From an uncultured Eubacteriales bacterium (GTDB lineage Bacteria > Bacillota > Clostridia > Christensenellales > CAG-138), in assembly GCA_900318765.1 (NCBI GenBank), contig ONLX01000015.1, forward strand, positions 5,955-69,954: a stretch of 64,000 nucleotides of DNA. Reading direction: 5' to 3'. Position numbers and translations under genes: made by a program. The notes beneath the pieces are model-generated. The model ran no database searches. It had not been told where the DNA came from and worked only from the letters and a program-made list of their open reading frames with translations. Shown here in pieces: positions 38,519 through 47,536 of this stretch; the first letter of the stretch is position 1, and every line of letters starts with the position of its first letter.

Positions 38519-39904
38519 TCAAATTCTTTTCAGTTTCGGACCTTGGGCAGAATCTTCCACGGCAAAGCCCATATCTTTTAATTGATTCCGGATTGCGTCT
38601 GCCCTTGCCCAATTCTTCTCTTTCCGGGCAACTGTACGTTCCTCAAGCAATTGCAGCGCTTCGGCGGGAAAATCTTCGGAGCTTCCCTTTTGGAGCAGTC
38701 CGAGAACTTTCGCAAGCAGCCGATATTGCTTCTTTACTGCGTCGATTTCTGCTTTCGGATGCGCCTCCGTTGCAAAGATATTTACAAACCGGGCAAAATC
38801 GAACAATACACCGAGCGCATCGGCCGTGTTGAGATCGTCATCCATTGCTTCGTTGAAGCGATTTTGGAAGTTCAAAAGCTTTGTCTCAAGCTCCGGCGCG
38901 GGGGTGGAATCGTTTGTCGGCGTAGCATCGAGGCGTTCTTTTGCGGTACGAAGCCGTGTCAGGGATGTTACCGCCTGATCCATCAGTTCGCGGGAGAAAT
39001 TCAGCGGATTCCGATAGTTTGCGCCGAGCATGAACATGCGCACCGCTTCGGGATCATACTGCTTTGTAATGTCACGGACCGTGAAAAAGTTTCCGAGCGA
39101 TTTGGACATCTTTTGATTGTCGATATTGATATAGCCGTTGTGCATCCAGTAATGCGCGAACGGTTTGCCGGTTGCCGCTTCACTTTGCGCAATTTCGTTT
39201 TCATGATGCGGAAAGATCAGGTCCGCTCCGCCGCCGTGGATATCAAATGTCGGTCCGAGAATATTCATGCTCATTGCCGAGCATTCGATGTGCCATCCGG
39301 GACGGCCTTCGCCCCAAGGGGAGGGCCAGCTCGGCTCGCCGGGCTTCGCACCTTTCCAAAGAGCGAAATCCAAAGGATCCCGCTTGACGTCGTTCGTATC
39401 GATACGAACACCGTTTTCCATATCGTTGATATCCTGTCCTTTCAGTTTTCCGTAGCCCGGATAGCTGCGAACAGAAAAATACACATCACCGTTTTCCGTT
39501 GGATAGGCGTGCCCAAGATCGATCAATTTCTGAACAAGGTCAATGATATCACGGATGTGTTCTGTGGCACGCGGATTGACGGTGGATCGTTCAATGCCGA
39601 GCGCATCGGCATCGGTATAATATTCGCGGATGAACCGTTCTGCCAGCGCAGGCACCGTAGTTCCTTCCTGATTTGCCCGACGGATCAGCTTATCGTCAAT
39701 ATCCGTAAAGTTCTGAACGTACGTTACCTGATAGCCGCGGTATTCGAGATAACGCCGAAACGTATCGAAAACGATCAGCGGACGCGCATTCCCGATATGA
39801 ATAAAATCGTATACAGTCGGGCCGCAAACGTACATGGAAACCTGTCCCTCCCGAATCGGAACGAACGGTTCTTTTTTTCTGGTCATCGTATTATAAATCT
39901 GCAT
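38519..39904 (-). CDS. cysS: Cysteine-tRNA ligase
   Basis: Class I motifs HIGNARP (HIGH) and KMSKSLGN (KMSKS), plus the zinc-site region CGPTVYD. ATG at 39904 follows GGAGGG. Confidence 0.97.
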   Translation of the reverse strand: MQIYNTMTRKKEPFVPIREGQVSMYVCGPTVYDFIHIGNARPLIVFDTFRRYLEYRGYQVTYVQNFTDIDDKLIRRANQEGTTVPALAERFIREYYTDADALGIERSTVNPRATEHIRDIIDLVQKLIDLGHAYPTENGDVYFSVRSYPGYGKLKGQDINDMENGVRIDTNDVKRDPLDFALWKGAKPGEPSWPSPWGEGRPGWHIECSAMSMNILGPTFDIHGGGADLIFPHHENEIAQSEAATGKPFAHYWMHNGYINIDNQKMSKSLGNFFTVRDITKQYDPEAVRMFMLGANYRNPLNFSRELMDQAVTSLTRLRTAKERLDATPTNDSTPAPELETKLLNFQNRFNEAMDDDLNTADALGVLFDFARFVNIFATEAHPKAEIDAVKKQYRLLAKVLGLLQKGSSEDFPAEALQLLEERTVARKEKNWARADAIRNQLKDMGFAVEDSAQGPKLKRI

Positions 39905-39976
39905 AGTATCCCTCCGGCAAAACAGTATAGCATATTCGAATGCGCTTGAAAACACATATCCGAATCTTTTCCAATT

Positions 39977-40004
39977 ATTTTATTACTATTGAACAAAATG
40001 TCAA
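39977..40004 (-). promoter_or_regulatory. Candidate SigA promoter for cysS
   Basis: On the minus strand: TTGACA (40004-39999), a 16 nt spacer, then TAAAAT (39982-39977). Confidence 0.4.
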
Positions 40005-40042
40005 GATTCTTGTGAACTTTCGGAAAAACCGAAAAACGATGT

Positions 40043-40071
40043 TTGACGAATCGAAGTGTTTCCGTTATACT
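40043..40071 (+). promoter_or_regulatory. Candidate SigA promoter for the cohesin-like protein gene
   Basis: TTGACG (40043-40048), a 17 nt spacer, then TATACT (40066-40071). It diverges from the cysS promoter. Confidence 0.5.
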
Positions 40072-40108
40072 TATCGATGAGAAAAGAATCCGTCCAAAGG
40101 GGATGCTT

Positions 40109-41206
40109 ATGAAAAAAAGAGCCGTACTGCTGATGGCGCTGATTCTGTGCCTTCTGCTTTGCATCAATGAAACGTATGCCGAAACGGGGACCGCGGAGTT
40201 TTCCGCGTCTGTTTCGTCGGAAGAAGTTGTTGTCGGTGAGAAAGTGTATGTAAAACTCTCCGTGAAATCCAATCTTCCCTCGGGCGAAGCGTTAAACACC
40301 TGGAAGGGAACGTTCTCTTACGATCCGGAAGCGCTCACCTATGCCGGCTTTTCCGTTCAGGATGAAACGATCAAAAAAGATTCGGTTGCCGGGCTGGACA
40401 GCGTCTGGGCGGTAAACGACGCGACTCCCGGAACTCTTGAGCTCGGTTTTGCAAATGCGTATGGCTGTTCGGGGGACGGCTATCTTGTTACGCTGCTGTT
40501 TCAGTCTGTTAAAGAGGCATCGGCAACGATCACTTTAAAAGACAGTTCATACAGCGTGTACTACTCCGACTCGGGCGCAGTTTCAACCTATACGCTTCCG
40601 GAACAAAAGCTTATTACGCTTTCAATTAAGGAACCGATCCCGACCGCAACTCCTACGGCGACGCCGGATCCAACCGCAACACCGGAGCCGACCGCGACAG
40701 CAACACCCTCGCCGACGGCCACGCCGACAGTCAAGCCGACGCCGACCGAGGACCCCGATGACGATGATGACGATGATGATGACGATCCGACGCCGTACCC
40801 GACCAGACGACCGACGGCTACTCCGACGCGGAGACCAACGGCTTCGCCTTCTCCGACGCCGACACCGACGCCTACCCCCACGCCGACGGTCGCACCGACG
40901 ATTGCTCCTACGGCGAGTCCGACCGCTACGCCGACAGCAACGCCCAAAACGGGTCGCGTCATTACGGACGGTGAAGGTGGTTGCAGCTCCTGCAGCAACA
41001 CGTCGCTCGGGATTCTGATTCTGGACATCGGCATTGCGTTCTTGGCGGTTCAGATGATTATTGTTGTCTTGATCATCTATCGCAAACGGAGACAGGCCAA
41101 GAAAGGGTTCTTAAACGACGATGACGAGCCCGATCCCGAGGATCCCGATTCGGATCTTTTCGATGATTCGGAGGATTCCGAGGACGATATCGATATGAAG
41201 CATTAA
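40109..41206 (+). CDS. Membrane-anchored surface protein: signal peptide, cohesin-like domain, Pro/Thr-rich linkers with a 10-Asp run, a C-terminal TM helix and an acidic cytoplasmic tail
   Basis: Signal peptide MKKRAVLLMALILCLLLCINETYA. The ~140 aa domain VVVGEKVYVKLSVKS...WKGTFSYDPEALTY...GYLVTLLFQSVK follows the cohesin pattern. It is followed by PTATPTATPDPTATPEPTATATPSPTATPT, DDDDDDDDDD and PTPTPTPTPTPT. The TM helix is LGILILDIGIAFLAVQMIIVVLIIY and the tail is DDDEPDPEDPDSDLFDDSEDSEDD. There is no LPXTG, SLH or dockerin motif. Confidence 0.7.
   Translation: MKKRAVLLMALILCLLLCINETYAETGTAEFSASVSSEEVVVGEKVYVKLSVKSNLPSGEALNTWKGTFSYDPEALTYAGFSVQDETIKKDSVAGLDSVWAVNDATPGTLELGFANAYGCSGDGYLVTLLFQSVKEASATITLKDSSYSVYYSDSGAVSTYTLPEQKLITLSIKEPIPTATPTATPDPTATPEPTATATPSPTATPTVKPTPTEDPDDDDDDDDDDPTPYPTRRPTATPTRRPTASPSPTPTPTPTPTPTVAPTIAPTASPTATPTATPKTGRVITDGEGGCSSCSNTSLGILILDIGIAFLAVQMIIVVLIIYRKRRQAKKGFLNDDDEPDPEDPDSDLFDDSEDSEDDIDMKH
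40634..40950 (+). repeat. Low-complexity coding repeat: degenerate ACN-CCN (Thr-Pro) units interrupted by a (GAY)10 poly-Asp block at 40757-40786
   Basis: Direct reading shows reiterated ccgacggc/acgccgac units. The same tract produces mirror low-complexity ORFs on the opposite strand (GVGVGV). Confidence 0.85.
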
Positions 41207-41222
41207 CAGAATTGCACCGATC

Positions 41223-41261
41223 GGATGAACTGTTCACATAAATGGACAGTTCATCCTTTTT
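41223..41261 (+). terminator. Rho-independent terminator after the cohesin-like gene
   Basis: An 11 bp stem, GGATGAACTGT / ACAGTTCATCC, followed by TTTTT. Confidence 0.85.
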
Positions 41262-41292
41262 ATGAAAACGGTTCGTAAATTTCCGAAGCCGA

Positions 41293-41321
41293 CTTGCATT
41301 TTTCGTGCCCGTAGGATATGA
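41293..41321 (+). promoter_or_regulatory. Candidate SigA promoter for lepA-hemW
   Basis: TTGCAT (41293-41298), a 17 nt spacer, then TATGAT (41316-41321). Confidence 0.5.
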
Positions 41322-41347
41322 TAATACCAATATTCGGGAGGAATACC

Positions 41348-43153
41348 ATGGAATACGATCTTTCCCTGATTCGAAACTTTTCGATCATTGCACATATTGA
41401 TCACGGCAAGTCGACGCTTGCCGATCGTATGATGGAGTTGACCGATACGGTCGCCAAACGCGATATGGAAGCGCAGCTGCTCGACTCAATGGATATTGAA
41501 CGGGAACGCGGAATTACGATCAAAGCATCTGCAGTCCGGATGTTTTATCATCATACCGACGGCAAGACATACATGTTCAATTTGATCGATACACCGGGCC
41601 ATGTGGACTTCAATTATGAGGTGTCCCGCGCGCTGGCTGCCTGTGAAGGCGCGGTATTGGTTGTCGATGCAACGCAGGGAATCGAAGCGCAGACGCTTGC
41701 CAATGTTTATCTTGCAGTGGATAATGGGCTGGAAGTGTTGCCGGTTATCAATAAAGTGGATCTGCCGAGTGCAGAACCGGAACGCGTGATTCATGAGATC
41801 GAGGATATTATCGGAATTCCGGCGGAGGATGCACCGTGCATCTCGGCAAAGACCGGTTATAACGTTGATTCCGTTCTGGCAAAGATTGTAGATACGGTCC
41901 CTGCGCCGAAGGGGGATGTTCATGCGCCTTTGAAAGCGTTGATCTTTGACTGCCTGTATGACAACTATAAGGGCGCGCTTTCCTATGTTCGCGTATTCGA
42001 TGGAGAGGTGCGGGCCGGAACCCGGATTCAATCCATGGCAACCGGCAACTCGTTCGAAGTGACCGAAGTCGGCGTATTCGCTCCGACGTGGAAACCTGTG
42101 GACTGTCTTTCGGCCGGCGAGGTTGGGTATATTGCAGCCTCGATCAAAAGCGTTGCGGAAACGAAGGTCGGCGATACGTTTACGCTTGCGGATCATCCCG
42201 CGGACGAACCGCTCCCGGGCTACAAACATGTAAACCCGATGGTCTATTGCGGTATCTATCCGGCGGACGGCGCGCATTATGACGATCTCAAAGATGCGCT
42301 CGACAAATTACAGCTCAATGACGCTTCGCTCGTGTATGAACATGAAACTTCGGTTGCGCTCGGTTATGGATTCCGTTGCGGCTTCTTGGGGCTGTTGCAT
42401 ATGGAGATTATTACGGAGCGGCTGGAGCGCGAATTCGATCTGGATCTCGTAACGACTGCGCCGAGCGTTGTGTATCGCGTTTACACGTTGGATGGGGAAG
42501 AGCTGATTATCGATAACCCGACCAATCTGCCGCCCGCCGCGGAGATCGAACATATGGAAGAACCGATGGTGAAAGCCACCATTATGACGCCTTCCGCCTA
42601 TGTAGGAACAATTATGGAGCTGTGCCAGAACAACCGCGGTCTGTTCCATGATATGAATTACATTGAGGAAGGACGTGTCAATCTTCATTATACGCTGCCG
42701 CTGAACGAGATCATATACGACTTTTTCGACAGCCTGAAATCCCGCAGCCGCGGCTATGCGTCGTTTGATTATGAGATTTGCGGGTATCAGAAGAGCGATC
42801 TTGTGCGGCTTGACTTTTTGCTGAACGGAGATATCTGCGATGCGCTTTCCACAATTGTTCATAAGGATCGTGCCTATGCAAAGGGACGCGCGGTCGCCGA
42901 GAAACTGAAGGACGTTATTCCGCGTCAGCAGTTCGAGATTCCGATTCAGGCCGCAATAGGCTCGAAGATCATTGCACGTGAAACGGTAAAAGCTGTTCGT
43001 AAGGACGTTTTGGCAAAGTGCTACGGCGGAGATATTTCCCGGAAAAAGAAGCTGCTTGAAAAGCAGAAAGAGGGTAAAAAGCGAATGCGTCAGGTTGGCT
43101 CGGTCTCCGTTCCGTCCGACGCGTTTATGAGCGTACTTCGTATCAACGGATGA
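41348..43153 (+). CDS. lepA: Elongation factor 4 (LepA)
   Basis: [28 protein letters not shown] and NKVDL motifs, plus the LepA-specific C-terminal domain. GGGAGGA RBS. Confidence 0.97.
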   Translation: MEYDLSLIRNFSIIAHIDHGKSTLADRMMELTDTVAKRDMEAQLLDSMDIERERGITIKASAVRMFYHHTDGKTYMFNLIDTPGHVDFNYEVSRALAACEGAVLVVDATQGIEAQTLANVYLAVDNGLEVLPVINKVDLPSAEPERVIHEIEDIIGIPAEDAPCISAKTGYNVDSVLAKIVDTVPAPKGDVHAPLKALIFDCLYDNYKGALSYVRVFDGEVRAGTRIQSMATGNSFEVTEVGVFAPTWKPVDCLSAGEVGYIAASIKSVAETKVGDTFTLADHPADEPLPGYKHVNPMVYCGIYPADGAHYDDLKDALDKLQLNDASLVYEHETSVALGYGFRCGFLGLLHMEIITERLEREFDLDLVTTAPSVVYRVYTLDGEELIIDNPTNLPPAAEIEHMEEPMVKATIMTPSAYVGTIMELCQNNRGLFHDMNYIEEGRVNLHYTLPLNEIIYDFFDSLKSRSRGYASFDYEICGYQKSDLVRLDFLLNGDICDALSTIVHKDRAYAKGRAVAEKLKDVIPRQQFEIPIQAAIGSKIIARETVKAVRKDVLAKCYGGDISRKKKLLEKQKEGKKRMRQVGSVSVPSDAFMSVLRING

Positions 43154-44316
43154 CAGCACTCTATTTTCATATTCCATATTGCGTTCAAAAATGTCGCTAC
43201 TGCGATTTCTGCTCGGTTCCGTGGAACGAATCAGCAGGGGAATATAGCGCTGCGCTTCAAAAAGAGCTTTCTCTTCGACGGGAACAGTATCCCAAAGAGA
43301 GAGCAGGCACCGTATTCTTCGGAGGCGGTACGCCGACGCTGCTGCCCGCAAACGATCTCTGTCGCGTTTTGGAAGAAGCGGATCGTTGTTTTCCGTTTGT
43401 ATCCGACGCGGAGATCAGCATTGAATGCAATCCCAAGACGTCATCTAAGGAGTCGCTTCGTACGCTTAGAAGAGCCGGATTCAATCGCCTTTCCATCGGG
43501 CTGCAGAGCACCGACGATCGATTGCTGCGTCGAATCGGAAGGGTACATACGGTTTTTGACTTTTTGAACACGTATTCATGGGCGCGGGATGCGGGATTTG
43601 AGAACATTAATGTGGATCTGATGCATGGGCTGCCCGCACAGACGCAAGCGGATTATCTGCAATCGCTGACACAAGTCATTGCGCTGGCACCCGAACACGT
43701 TTCCGCTTATGCATTGATCCTTGAAGAGGAAACCCCTCTGTATTCGGACGTGAAAAAAGGCTTGGAATCGCTGTCGGATGAGGATGCAGTTGCGGATATG
43801 CAGGATGCCGGAATGGATCTGTTGGAAGCATCGGGCTATATGCGGTACGAAATTTCCAACTTTGCAAAACCCGGCTACGCCTGCCGCCATAATCTGACCT
43901 ATTGGAACAACGAACCGTATCTCGGGTTCGGTGTAGCGGCACATTCGTCCATGCCGAAAGGGAATCGTTGGTATCGATTTTCAAATACCGAATCAATCCC
44001 GACGTATTATAAACGACTGCAGCATAATAAGCTCCCCGAAGCGGAACGGATTCTCATCAACACGTTTGAGCAGATGTTTGAATCCGTTATGCTCGGATTG
44101 CGGAAAACGGAGGGTGTATCCTTGCGTGCGTTCTCGGAACGTTTTGGCTGCGACCTGGAAGAAACCTATCCGGAAGCGATCGAACGAAACGAAAGACGGA
44201 ATCTTTGGGATCACAGCGATCCGGCGTATCTACGGTTGAACCGACGCGGCTTGGATCTTTTAAACATGGTATTATGTGATTTTCGGGAGCGAAACTACTG
44301 GGATTTGCTGCGCTGA
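43150..44316 (+). CDS. hemW: Radical SAM heme chaperone HemW (HemN-like, oxygen-independent coproporphyrinogen oxidase family)
   Basis: [18 protein letters not shown] shows the CxxxCxxC motif, and an HemN_C-like tail is present. ATGA overlap with lepA reproduces the conserved lepA-hemW pairing. Confidence 0.9.
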   Translation: MTALYFHIPYCVQKCRYCDFCSVPWNESAGEYSAALQKELSLRREQYPKERAGTVFFGGGTPTLLPANDLCRVLEEADRCFPFVSDAEISIECNPKTSSKESLRTLRRAGFNRLSIGLQSTDDRLLRRIGRVHTVFDFLNTYSWARDAGFENINVDLMHGLPAQTQADYLQSLTQVIALAPEHVSAYALILEEETPLYSDVKKGLESLSDEDAVADMQDAGMDLLEASGYMRYEISNFAKPGYACRHNLTYWNNEPYLGFGVAAHSSMPKGNRWYRFSNTESIPTYYKRLQHNKLPEAERILINTFEQMFESVMLGLRKTEGVSLRAFSERFGCDLEETYPEAIERNERRNLWDHSDPAYLRLNRRGLDLLNMVLCDFRERNYWDLLR

Positions 44317-44361
44317 ACCGATGCCGAACGCTGAAAAAGCTCGTTTCGAAACAAGTAATGC

Positions 44362-44390
44362 TTGCAATTCGGAAAGAAATGCTCTATAAT
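44362..44390 (+). promoter_or_regulatory. SigA-type promoter upstream of the M24 peptidase and efp genes
   Basis: TTGCAA (44362-44367), a 17 nt spacer, then TATAAT (44385-44390). Confidence 0.55.
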
Positions 44391-44424
44391 TATTCTGTTA
44401 TTGGATAGAAACAGAGGCAGTACC

Positions 44425-45495
44425 ATGAACGACAGATTGAATCGGCTTCGGAATTCGATGGCGAAAGCCGGAATCGATGCAGTGATTGTAAACTCAATCA
44501 CTTCCATCCGCTATCTTTCCAATTTTACCAGCGACGAAGCATTCGTATTGGTCACCAAACAACGCAGCCTGCTGATCACCGATTTTCGGTATACGATTCA
44601 GGCCAAGGATCAATCGGGCGACCGTTATGAGATTTTGGAAGCATCCGGTGAAAAGCAGCTTGCGCTTGTTCACGAAGCGCTTTTGGATGAGAATGTAAAA
44701 ACGCTCGGCTTTGAAGACGATATTGTGAGCTTTGCCCGGTATCGTTCGTACGAAGCATTCGGCGTTGAATTGGTTCCGTTTGCAAAAGAACTGAACGCGC
44801 TTCGCCTGATCAAAACGCCGGATGAAATCGAAGCATTGCAGAAGGCGCAGACGCTTGCGGATCAATCCTTTACAGAACTGTTGACCGTGATTCATGCAGG
44901 CATGACGGAGAAGCGTGTTGCAGCCGAACTGGAATACATCGGTGCGAAACTCGGCAGTGAGGGACCTTCGTTTGACACGATTGTCGGTTCCGGTCCGAAC
45001 GGTGCGATGTGTCATGCTGTTCCGGGCGAAAGAAAGCTGCAGCGCGGCGATCTTGTCGTACTCGATTACGGTTGCTTGTTTAACGGCTATCATTCGGATA
45101 TGACGAGGACCTTTGCGGTCGGCGAACCGGATGCGTTCTCCAGTAAGATTTACGAGATCGTTCGAACCGCACAGCAAAAAGCACTCGATGCGCTGCGCCC
45201 CGGGATCACCGGCAAACAGCTCGACGCGATTGCGCGCGATTATATCAAAGAGCAAGGCTATGGAGACTGTTTCGGGCATTCGCTCGGGCACGGGTTCGGT
45301 CTGTTGATTCATGAATCGCCCCGCGCCGCAGTAACGTGTGAAACGGTGCTTGAACCCGGCATGACAATCACAGTTGAACCCGGGATTTACATTGAAGGAA
45401 AACTCGGCGTGCGCATTGAAGACTGCTGCGTAGTGACCGAGACCGGCAAACGAAATTTCTGCGTTTCTACCAAGGAACTGCAGATCATTGAATAA
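44425..45495 (+). CDS. M24B-family Xaa-Pro aminopeptidase/dipeptidase
   Basis: Creatinase-like N-domain followed by the pita-bread fold, with metal ligands in VLDYGCLFNGYHSDMTRT, GHSLGHGFG and TVEPGIY. Upstream of efp, as in Bacillus. Confidence 0.9.
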   Translation: MNDRLNRLRNSMAKAGIDAVIVNSITSIRYLSNFTSDEAFVLVTKQRSLLITDFRYTIQAKDQSGDRYEILEASGEKQLALVHEALLDENVKTLGFEDDIVSFARYRSYEAFGVELVPFAKELNALRLIKTPDEIEALQKAQTLADQSFTELLTVIHAGMTEKRVAAELEYIGAKLGSEGPSFDTIVGSGPNGAMCHAVPGERKLQRGDLVVLDYGCLFNGYHSDMTRTFAVGEPDAFSSKIYEIVRTAQQKALDALRPGITGKQLDAIARDYIKEQGYGDCFGHSLGHGFGLLIHESPRAAVTCETVLEPGMTITVEPGIYIEGKLGVRIEDCCVVTETGKRNFCVSTKELQIIE

Positions 45496-45538
45496 CGGCT
45501 ATTCAATCACATATTAATCTATATTGGAGGACTTTCTT

Positions 45539-46096
45539 ATGATTATGGCAGGCGACTTCCGTAAGGGTGTCACAGTAGAGATCGACGGCAACGTTTGGTC
45601 GATTGCAGACTTTCAGCACGTCAAGCCGGGCAAGGGCGCAGCGTTTGTTCGGACCCGTCTGAAGAACGTTATGACCGGAGCGGTGCTGGAACGTACGTTC
45701 AGCCCGACGGATAAGTACCCGCTCGCGCATATCGAAACGAAGGATATGCAGTACCTGTACAGCGACGGCGAACTGTACTACTTCATGGATGCGGAAACCT
45801 ACGATCAGATTCCGCTGAATTATGATCAGGTTGAAGACGCGATTCAGTACATCAAAGAGAACGACGGCGTTAAGATTCGTTTCTATAAGGGCAGCCCGTT
45901 CTCCGTTGAAGCGCCGAACTTCGTTGAACTGACGATCACGCATACCGAACCCGGCTTCAAGGGCGATACCGCAACCGGAACGACCAAACCCGCAACCCTC
46001 GAAACCGGTCTTGAAATCGCAGTTCCGCTGTTCTGCAACGAGGGAGATACGATCCGCGTCGATACAAGAACCGGCGAATATATGTCGAGACTGTAA
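45539..46096 (+). CDS. efp: Elongation factor P
   Basis: [10 protein letters not shown] and the [17 protein letters not shown] loop. GGAGG RBS 8 nt upstream. Confidence 0.97.
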   Translation: MIMAGDFRKGVTVEIDGNVWSIADFQHVKPGKGAAFVRTRLKNVMTGAVLERTFSPTDKYPLAHIETKDMQYLYSDGELYYFMDAETYDQIPLNYDQVEDAIQYIKENDGVKIRFYKGSPFSVEAPNFVELTITHTEPGFKGDTATGTTKPATLETGLEIAVPLFCNEGDTIRVDTRTGEYMSRL

Positions 46097-46121
46097 GGAT
46101 TTTGATTGAGGAGGTAGGGAA

Positions 46122-46535
46122 ATGAGCAGAATCTCCGAGAAAGTTGCATACCTGGACGGCCTGATGGAAGGCATGAACATTCAGGAAGACAAGTATTCCA
46201 AGCTGTTTACCGCAATTGTCGATACGCTGGATGTCATTGCAGAGGAACTTTCCGATCATGAGGATATTCTGGATGATCTCGAGGACAGCGTGGAAGAGAT
46301 TTTCGACAATCTCGATGAGTACGACGAGATTCTTTTCGATGAGGATGACGACAAGGATGAAGACTTCGACGCCGAAGATTTAGACGACGAATTCTATGAA
46401 GTCGTTTGCCCGAATTGCGGAGAGACGATCTATTTCGACGAGGATATGTTGGATTCGCCGGACGGCTTGATCTGCCCGAATTGCAACGAACCCGTTGAAC
46501 TGCATATCCCGGAAACGCTCCCCGAAGACGAATAA
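46122..46535 (+). CDS. Highly acidic small protein with a C-terminal CPxCG...CPxC zinc ribbon; function unknown
   Basis: 137 aa. A central D/E-rich stretch (LDDLEDSVEEIFDNLDEYDEILFDEDDDKDEDFDAEDLDDE) is followed by CPNCGETIYFDEDMLDSPDGLICPNCNEP. The gene starts 25 nt after efp, preceded by GAGGAGG. Confidence 0.7.
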   Translation: MSRISEKVAYLDGLMEGMNIQEDKYSKLFTAIVDTLDVIAEELSDHEDILDDLEDSVEEIFDNLDEYDEILFDEDDDKDEDFDAEDLDDEFYEVVCPNCGETIYFDEDMLDSPDGLICPNCNEPVELHIPETLPEDE

Positions 46536-46547
46536 TCCGATCCCGTT

Positions 46548-46586
46548 ATAGAGGGAACGAAACCGTTCCCTCTATTCTTGTTTTCT
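46548..46586 (+). terminator. Rho-independent terminator after the efp / zinc-ribbon operon
   Basis: A 12 bp stem, ATAGAGGGAACG / CGTTCCCTCTAT, with a 4 nt loop and a T-rich tail. Confidence 0.8.
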
Positions 46587-46587
46587 T

Positions 46588-47490
46588 ATGATCGAATACG
46601 CGAGAAAAATTTGCAAACGTCTCCATGCATACGTTCGAATGCGGCCCTGTCGCGGCATCATTCGTATGCTTTCTCCGAGCAGCTTGCGCATTGAATCCGA
46701 GATCGGATATCTTTCCGTTTTGTCGAACACGAGCTGTTTGCAGCCGTTTTCGCTGATCATTAACGAGACCAAACCGTTCCACGAATCGGAGCTTGAGGAA
46801 GGGCAGCTTGTCCATATCGAGGATGAACGGATCACGTTTGAGGAGTCCGATTTTGTAATTGACCTATCACAGTCGACGGATATTGAGCTTTCGATCGATG
46901 TGATGAAAACGCTGTTTTTGCCGATGGACCTGAATTTGCGGATCCGGCATTTGATTCGCGTCGTGGAAAGCGGCTCCGGCACGAATCCGCTTGCCGCGCT
47001 CGTGACCGGCGAACGATTGGATTCAACTGCGGAAACTGTTTCACAGCTCCTTCCGCGACTGCACCGTGCTGTTTATGATCAGGATGTCGAGGAATGCTGC
47101 GCAGCAGGAGCTGCGCTGACCGGTTACGGAAATGGCATCACGCCCGATTCGGATGACTTGCTGGAAGGATACTTTGCTGGGTATGCAGCGCTTTCCATGG
47201 CGCTTGGCAGATCACGTGAACGTGTTCGCGGGCTGACGAGGGAGATTGCAACAGCGGCTGCAACGCATACGACCGATGTTTCCGGCGCACTGCTTTTGCA
47301 GGCAGGGGAAGGTCTTGTAAGTGAAGATACATTTCGACTCTTGCAAAGCATTTTTTCCGACGCACCGTATCGGACGGTTACTGCGGATGCGAGCCGTGTT
47401 GCAAGAAGTATCGGCCCTTCCGGCATCAACCTGCTGTCCGGTATTGTACTTGCGATTCGCAATCAGTACGTTCCGGCAATGACCCTATAA
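46588..47490 (+). CDS. DUF2877 (AllH-like) domain protein; start codon uncertain
   Basis: The central motif GYGNGITPDSDDLLEGYFAGY resembles the G-x-G-(L/I)TP-x-(G/S)DD-x-L-x-G signature I associate with DUF2877/AllH. The first ATG abuts the terminator and has no clear RBS. Confidence 0.5.
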   Translation: MIEYARKICKRLHAYVRMRPCRGIIRMLSPSSLRIESEIGYLSVLSNTSCLQPFSLIINETKPFHESELEEGQLVHIEDERITFEESDFVIDLSQSTDIELSIDVMKTLFLPMDLNLRIRHLIRVVESGSGTNPLAALVTGERLDSTAETVSQLLPRLHRAVYDQDVEECCAAGAALTGYGNGITPDSDDLLEGYFAGYAALSMALGRSRERVRGLTREIATAAATHTTDVSGALLLQAGEGLVSEDTFRLLQSIFSDAPYRTVTADASRVARSIGPSGINLLSGIVLAIRNQYVPAMTL

Positions 47491-47504
47491 TCGGAATGAA
47501 CAAC

Positions 47505-47536
47505 AAAAGCGGACGGGGAGGCCCGGTCCGCTTTTA
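47505..47536. terminator. Bidirectional terminator between the DUF2877 gene and uvrC
   Basis: AAAAGCGGAC ... GTCCGCTTTT hairpin with a GC-rich interior, flanked by A and T tracts. It overlaps the uvrC stop codon. Confidence 0.75.

Noticed and set aside
39905-40108. A possible T-box riboswitch upstream of cysS.
   Set aside because: The minus-strand leader between the candidate promoter and the RBS is only about 60 nt. I found no T-box sequence (reverse complement of the conserved …GGUGGUACCGCG… block), no specifier-loop architecture and no terminator/antiterminator pair.
40634-40950. Periodic short nucleotide repeats that could be mistaken for a CRISPR array or tandem-repeat locus.
   Set aside because: The units are 6-12 nt, degenerate, without spacers, and lie in frame within a well-supported CDS encoding a PT linker.
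40588-41034. A minus-strand ORF encoding GVGVGVGV/SSSSSSSS repeats, and a plus-strand alternate-frame Arg-rich ORF at 40758-41018.
   Set aside because: These are mirror and frame-shifted readings of the Pro/Thr/Asp low-complexity coding repeat of the cohesin-like gene. They have no independent start signals.
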